Of a DNA stretch of 64,000 nucleotides, positions 60,201 through 64,000 are shown one piece after another (positions within the stretch are counted from its first letter, which is position 1; each line of letters starts with the position of its first letter). Source of the DNA: Flectonema sp. DT1601 (taxonomy: Eukaryota). The translations under genes and the position numbers were made by a program. The notes beneath the pieces are model-generated. The model saw only the letters and a list, made by a program, of their open reading frames with translations. It was not told the origin of the DNA and ran no database searches. The stretch is taken from contig OZ025797.1 in NCBI GenBank assembly GCA_964019425.1, positions 186,001-250,000 of the forward strand, written 5' to 3'.

Positions 60201-63200
60201 ACGTTGTGGGTTTTGAAGCAGCTACCGACTCAGCCACAGGAGACGTGGAGTCTGGGAACAGATCTGCACCAGACTCTGGGTTATCACCAATTATTATTGT
60301 ATCTACTGCCTCTGGTTTTTGGGGCGTGAGCCCCATCAACATATCTGAGAAGGGATCGACGGCTGTCTTCACATCACCTGGACTGACAACATCTTTCGGG
60401 GATTCAATATGCTGATCATGCTCATCACTTGCAGGAGAAGAGGAAGGTGTTAACGTTGTGGGTTTTGAAGCAGCTACCGACTCAGACGTGGAGTCTGGGA
60501 ACAGATCTGCACCAGACTCTGGGTTACCACCAATTATTATTGTATCTACTGCCTCTGGTTTTTGGGGCGTGAGCCCCATCAACATATCTGAGAAGGGATC
60601 GACGGCTGTCTTCACATCACCTGGACTGACAACATCTTTCGGGGATTCAATATGCTGCTCATGCTCATCACTTGCAGGAGAAGAGGAAGGTGTTCCAATG
60701 GGAGACATGAAATCTGGTAACGGATCCTTGAAAGACTCCACTGCTTGATTTACTTCCAAGGGAGCAGAAACAGTCTCGAATGGATCACTGTCACTAACGA
60801 CTATTATGTCACCCGTTATATTGTCTACCCCTGTGGGAAGTGTTTCTGATACTATAAATTGATCGCTAACTGATTTCGTTACCCCTTCAGTTTTCAACCC
60901 TGACTCTAACAAGGGATCAACACAATTAGTAGACTTCTCTGAATTACTATCAACAACTTCCGATCTTGGTGATGATGAAGGCGTGTTTTCAACGGGGAAT
61001 ATTATATTCGTCCGCATCAGTGAGTTATCTTTGTCAGAACTCAACGGGATTACCTCTGCAGTGCCTGAAATCAATGAAGGATCGTTGGGCGGACTCTCAC
61101 TCCCTAATTTCTCAAAACCATCAAATTGGTTGATAACATCTTCACTCGCAAGTGGGGTAGCAGGTGAGGCATCAAAACAATATTCAGACGATTTTGACCC
61201 AAATGGAGACCCACCCTCCTGTCCTCCCTTTTGGTTTCCAAAGCCATCGCTAACGTTAGGAGATTTAATGAAAAGAATATCCTGCGAAGAGAAACCAAGA
61301 CCTCCGTCTGATACTGGTGAATAGTTATGTAGTTTATTGACGTCGCAATCTTTAGATTCCGAAGGCAAATTCTGTGAAGAGTTGTCATCAGCTGTTGGTG
61401 AATAGTCATCGCTACCTATTGGGCTACTAGCTTTCGGAGATGACTTCTGTGAAGAGAAGCTCAGATCCTTATCTGCTGCTTGTGAGGGGCTGTTTGATTT
61501 ATTGGTATCACTACCAAACGGGTTGTCTTTCGAATGTGAATTTCTTGAAGAGGAGCTGCTGAAAGTTGTTGGTGAATGGTCGCACAGCTTTCCTCCGTTG
61601 CTTAACGGACTGCCAGTTTTCGAAGAGAAGCTCATATTATTGGCGTTTGGTGAGCGGTGATCATTTGAAGCTGAGAAGCTGTTGATAGCTGCCGTACCTA
61701 ACGGAGTGCCAGCTTTTGATGGCGCTTCCTGCGAAGAGAAACTGCTAGCAAGCGAAGAAGCTGTCGATGAGCAGTTTTGCAAGTTGCTGACCTGCTGTGA
61801 AGAGATGGATAGCGGACTATTACTGTTTAAAGTTTTCTGTTGCATTATCAGTTGGTCATTTGACTTCTCCACACATGATACATCCTTGTCAATAGTATTA
61901 TCCGATTCATCTGATGATTGTGTTACACCCAGTAACCGAGAATTATCAGAGATTGCTTTAGGAATATTGATGTTGAATAACTGGGTTTCAGTTGCTTTGG
62001 TATCACCAGTAAGTTTTAGTTCCCTACTTCCATCAGAAGAACTATCAACAATTATTCCAATCGAGTCAGACATATCACCGTCTCTCTCATTGGTGTCAAC
62101 ATGAGGAGAATCAAAAAATGAATTAGAAAAAGGATCATCTGTTCCAGAACAGGGCGAAAGCAGTTTCTTGATGGGTGTCGCTGCTTGTGATAAATCTTCT
62201 AGTATATCTGGAGAAAAGGTGTTTGCCTGCAGCGTCTTCACTTGGTTAATGTCACCGGGGTTACCAACGTTAGAGAAGTCTCCCTTATCTGGAACAGCTG
62301 CTTCCACTTCTCGAGTACGGGTCTCACATTTAATTTCGCCGATCGATGTTACAACGGATTTTGGTACGAATCGAGCAGACTCGCCTTCAACAGACTTATT
62401 TGTAAGCGAAGTCTCACGCGGCTTGAAGTCGACAACACTACCGACAATAGATGTTTTCAAAACAGGTTTCAGTTGCGCGTCAAGTATTCTCCTGCTAGCA
62501 ACAGAGTTCGGCAAGATGTCACTGTTGGATTTTGAAGAGGACAAATCAATTGGTTTTGTCAATGGCTGGGAGGTATCACTTTTAACTCTTTTATTCTTGA
62601 GCGTTCGCAAAACAGAATCAAACTTGTCTACAGGGATCATGTTAGAATCGATTGTGTTTGGTACGAATTGTAACTTCTCCTTGTTCACTATCGGTTTTCT
62701 TGTTTTGGGTGTTTTTTTTGTAGAATTTTCGGTCGCTTGACTAAAGTCCAGTTGCCTACGTGCCTTGATAGCTTCAATCGACATCCGGTGCACTCTTGGA
62801 GTTAATGACCCCCTAGCTGATGACGTTCGCTGCCTGGATTGAGGAGTATAAATCCCGTCTAACACTCCTTCCACCTTCCCTGCTTTTGCGAGGGCCGCTT
62901 CAAGCGGTGTTTGAGACCCAGGTACGATTCCGGGATCAGACATCTTTTTTATCGACAATCCAATAATTGGTGAATCTATCAGGGTGTCGTTACTACTGTC
63001 GGTAACAGAGACAGGTACTTTTTCAAAAGCTGCAGGGGCAACTTGTGGGACTTGAAAAACAAGTCCACTGACACACAAATGAACAGGATCAGACTGAACT
63101 TGAACATTGTTCATTGCCTGAAGTAAAGAGGCTAATCTCGCAGATGGAGAATCAAGTTCAGCATAAATTTCAAAAGCAGTGCGACAGAGGGCTTCTAAGA

Positions 63201-64000
63201 ACTCCGGAAAGGAGAGCATTACAGACTGTCTGATTGTAGACAGCGGCTGTTTTTCAATCCCAGCAAGGGAGGTAAGAAGAATTCCTCCCATGCTGTTGAC
63301 AGCAATTTTTTCACAAGCAGCTCTCGTCAGTAATCCAGGTAGTATTTCGTATCTCCGTAAAAATGAAAGCCAGCCCTGAGCTGAGAGCAATCGAGACCGC
63401 ACACCTTCTCCAAACCCTTCTCCACGGAGACTGAATGGAATGCAACCACTCCCAGTATACTTTTCTACAAAGAATTTAAATATCTTTAAAAGCATCAGTT
63501 CATTGATGCTGATGAGTGCCAGCACCTTGGAGTCAATGAGCGATCCTGGTTGGGAAAATTGTTCAGACACATTTGAAGACGCGCAAAATGGAAGAATATA
63601 ACACCAAGTCACCTCTGCTGCCGAGCATGGTGGCTGCAATTGGCGACCAATGTGAGCAATAGCCTTGCAAAATAATTCAAATGGCATCCCCACGTCACTC
63701 CTCACTACCGAGGAGTAAATAATATCAACTTGGGCAGTGCTGAGGCCGTTTGAGGAAATTATCTTCGACTCACTAAGGAGGCGAATCCATTTCGTGCATG
63801 GCATAACCTGTCGTCCCTTAGAATCAATCACAGAAAACCTCTTGAAGATATTTCTTAGCTGCTCGGTAGCTTGTGATGAATTTTGTATATCAGTGAGCAT
63901 TGACTTCTTTGCAGTTTGTTGTCGAGGAACAGCAGGTTTTAATCTCACTGTAGTTTTAACTTCACTCTCCGAACCGCTGCTACTGATACTCTCAGGCTGC
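57259..64000 (-). CDS. Large Ser-rich protein, 5'-truncated by the window edge, with a p25alpha/EF-hand-like domain and 8 tandem 81/84-aa repeats
   Basis: The frame is open to position 64000 (QPESISSSGSESEVKTTV...). LRNIFKRFS...KWIRLLSESKII...TAQVDIIYSSV...FELFCKAIAHI resembles TPPP/p25alpha. Confidence 0.85.
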   Translation of the reverse strand, partial: QPESISSSGSESEVKTTVRLKPAVPRQQTAKKSMLTDIQNSSQATEQLRNIFKRFSVIDSKGRQVMPCTKWIRLLSESKIISSNGLSTAQVDIIYSSVVRSDVGMPFELFCKAIAHIGRQLQPPCSAAEVTWCYILPFCASSNVSEQFSQPGSLIDSKVLALISINELMLLKIFKFFVEKYTGSGCIPFSLRGEGFGEGVRSRLLSAQGWLSFLRRYEILPGLLTRAACEKIAVNSMGGILLTSLAGIEKQPLSTIRQSVMLSFPEFLEALCRTAFEIYAELDSPSARLASLLQAMNNVQVQSDPVHLCVSGLVFQVPQVAPAAFEKVPVSVTDSSNDTLIDSPIIGLSIKKMSDPGIVPGSQTPLEAALAKAGKVEGVLDGIYTPQSRQRTSSARGSLTPRVHRMSIEAIKARRQLDFSQATENSTKKTPKTRKPIVNKEKLQFVPNTIDSNMIPVDKFDSVLRTLKNKRVKSDTSQPLTKPIDLSSSKSNSDILPNSVASRRILDAQLKPVLKTSIVGSVVDFKPRETSLTNKSVEGESARFVPKSVVTSIGEIKCETRTREVEAAVPDKGDFSNVGNPGDINQVKTLQANTFSPDILEDLSQAATPIKKLLSPCSGTDDPFSNSFFDSPHVDTNERDGDMSDSIGIIVDSSSDGSRELKLTGDTKATETQLFNINIPKAISDNSRLLGVTQSSDESDNTIDKDVSCVEKSNDQLIMQQKTLNSNSPLSISSQQVSNLQNCSSTASSLASSFSSQEAPSKAGTPLGTAAINSFSASNDHRSPNANNMSFSSKTGSPLSNGGKLCDHSPTTFSSSSSRNSHSKDNPFGSDTNKSNSPSQAADKDLSFSSQKSSPKASSPIGSDDYSPTADDNSSQNLPSESKDCDVNKLHNYSPVSDGGLGFSSQDILFIKSPNVSDGFGNQKGGQEGGSPFGSKSSEYCFDASPATPLASEDVINQFDGFEKLGSESPPNDPSLISGTAEVIPLSSDKDNSLMRTNIIFPVENTPSSSPRSEVVDSNSEKSTNCVDPLLESGLKTEGVTKSVSDQFIVSETLPTGVDNITGDIIVVSDSDPFETVSAPLEVNQAVESFKDPLPDFMSPIGTPSSSPASDEHEQHIESPKDVVSPGDVKTAVDPFSDMLMGLTPQKPEAVDTIIIGGNPESGADLFPDSTSESVAASKPTTLTPSSSPASDEHDQHIESPKDVVSPGDVKTAVDPFSDMLMGLTPQKPEAVDTIIIGDNPESGADLFPDSTSPVAESVAASKPTTLTPSSSSASDEHEQHIESPKDVVSPGDVKTAVDPFSDMLMGLTPQKPEAVDTIIIGDNPESGADLFPDSTSESVAASKPTTLTPSSSPASDEHDQHIESPKDVVSPGDVKTAVDPFSDMLMGLTPQKPEAVDTIIIGGNPESGADLFPDSTSESVAASKPTTLTPSSSPASDEHDQHIESPKDVVSPGDVKTAVDPFSDMLMGLTPQKPEAVDTIIIGDNPESGADLFPDSTSPVAESVAASKPTTLTPSSSSASDEHEQHIESPKDVVSPGDVKTAVDPFSDMLMGLTPQKPEAVDTIIIGDNPESGADLFPDSTSESVAASKPTTLTPSSSPASDEHDQHIESPKDVVSPGDVKTAVDPFSDMLMGLTPQKPEAVDTIIIGGNPESGADLFPDSTSESVAASKPTTLTPSSSPASDEHEQHIESPKDVVSPGDVKTAVDPFSDMLMGLTPQKPEAVDTIIIGDNPESGADLFPDSTSSPKDNMSTKDVFSDSTITVTKATSTSLASYGSREFDEQSELLRKSDSSQVETTTIINPSGLSAKAEKDPFSDFTDSTQSPRHLAGQSATALSDFTGTVSPSPKYPSTEQQQSAIGLLEPFETQTDDKDSLPSPSGIAPVNEAEHLCGVGSSLIRNDLPEDSTSSSPSVPSSGKVVPADEKENLPEIVNPSSVPKSEHEDPQCDSSPLGFTSSLDRETASPDSNGNSVKFSEVNINSKVATETEQHSIYPLSPVPVDGLLESFLLGDNSQSPESTREISPTIQLLPSDVVETDTVQPTVSKSSLDRSPSPQGNYSPQGIHSSVVSLGSEATCSPTAEGSPTRQQVGSKSPATPPSVEEIIFSPDSEATASSSKQSPIPIELYSPDSDVSQSSESEVSPVKRVQVKQRVAPLPPPLDDQISTSVSSCSATPRGSQKPKNHKEDKTSSLSPSHSPATPLSVTSSSSGSFHEQTLSSDGSKSKCSSEIDTTSSSLTLPTSLSDSE
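58771..60693. repeat. Coding tandem repeat, 8 copies of 243/252 nt with a 738-nt higher-order unit
   Basis: ccccatcaacatatctgagaag recurs with spacings 243, 243, 252, 243, 243, 252, 243. Confidence 0.95.

Noticed and set aside
760..63379. Numerous short or + strand ORFs in the ORF track
   Set aside because: They are either antisense or alternate-frame shadows of real genes, or poly-K/poly-F translations of homopolymer runs.

Overview
AT-rich eukaryotic genomic DNA with many A/T homopolymer runs. All 15 protein genes I can support lie on the minus strand. I reconstructed 28 GT-AG cis-introns by hand, all restoring frame, and most genes have a U-rich AG acceptor just upstream of the ATG. This layout suggests a euglenozoan-type unidirectional, trans-spliced gene array, possibly diplonemid-like (inference). 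Genes by increasing coordinate: an 82-aa PAM2 microprotein not recovered as a spliced gene by the ORF track; a 9-PDZ protein with an EF-hand-split R-S-E ADP-ribosyltransferase domain; a UIM/DFD protein kinase; VAC14; a D/D + 5xWW protein; a 12-exon, 3420-aa TmcB-like membrane protein with 13 tandem FixL-type PAS domains; a BiP-like HSP70 without an ER retention signal; RPL8; DCAF7; a TraB-like protein; an ECTFxP coiled-coil protein; two importin-alpha paralogs; a hypothetical protein; and a 5'-truncated p25alpha-like protein with DPF repeats. Non-coding highlights: a 10 x 111-nt array of candidate single-hairpin box-AGA RNAs inside a VAC14 intron, a ~250-290-nt structured box C/D RNA inside another intron, and an array of conserved hairpins downstream of the PAM2 gene. 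No database searches or folding programs were run; family calls rest on motif recognition by eye.
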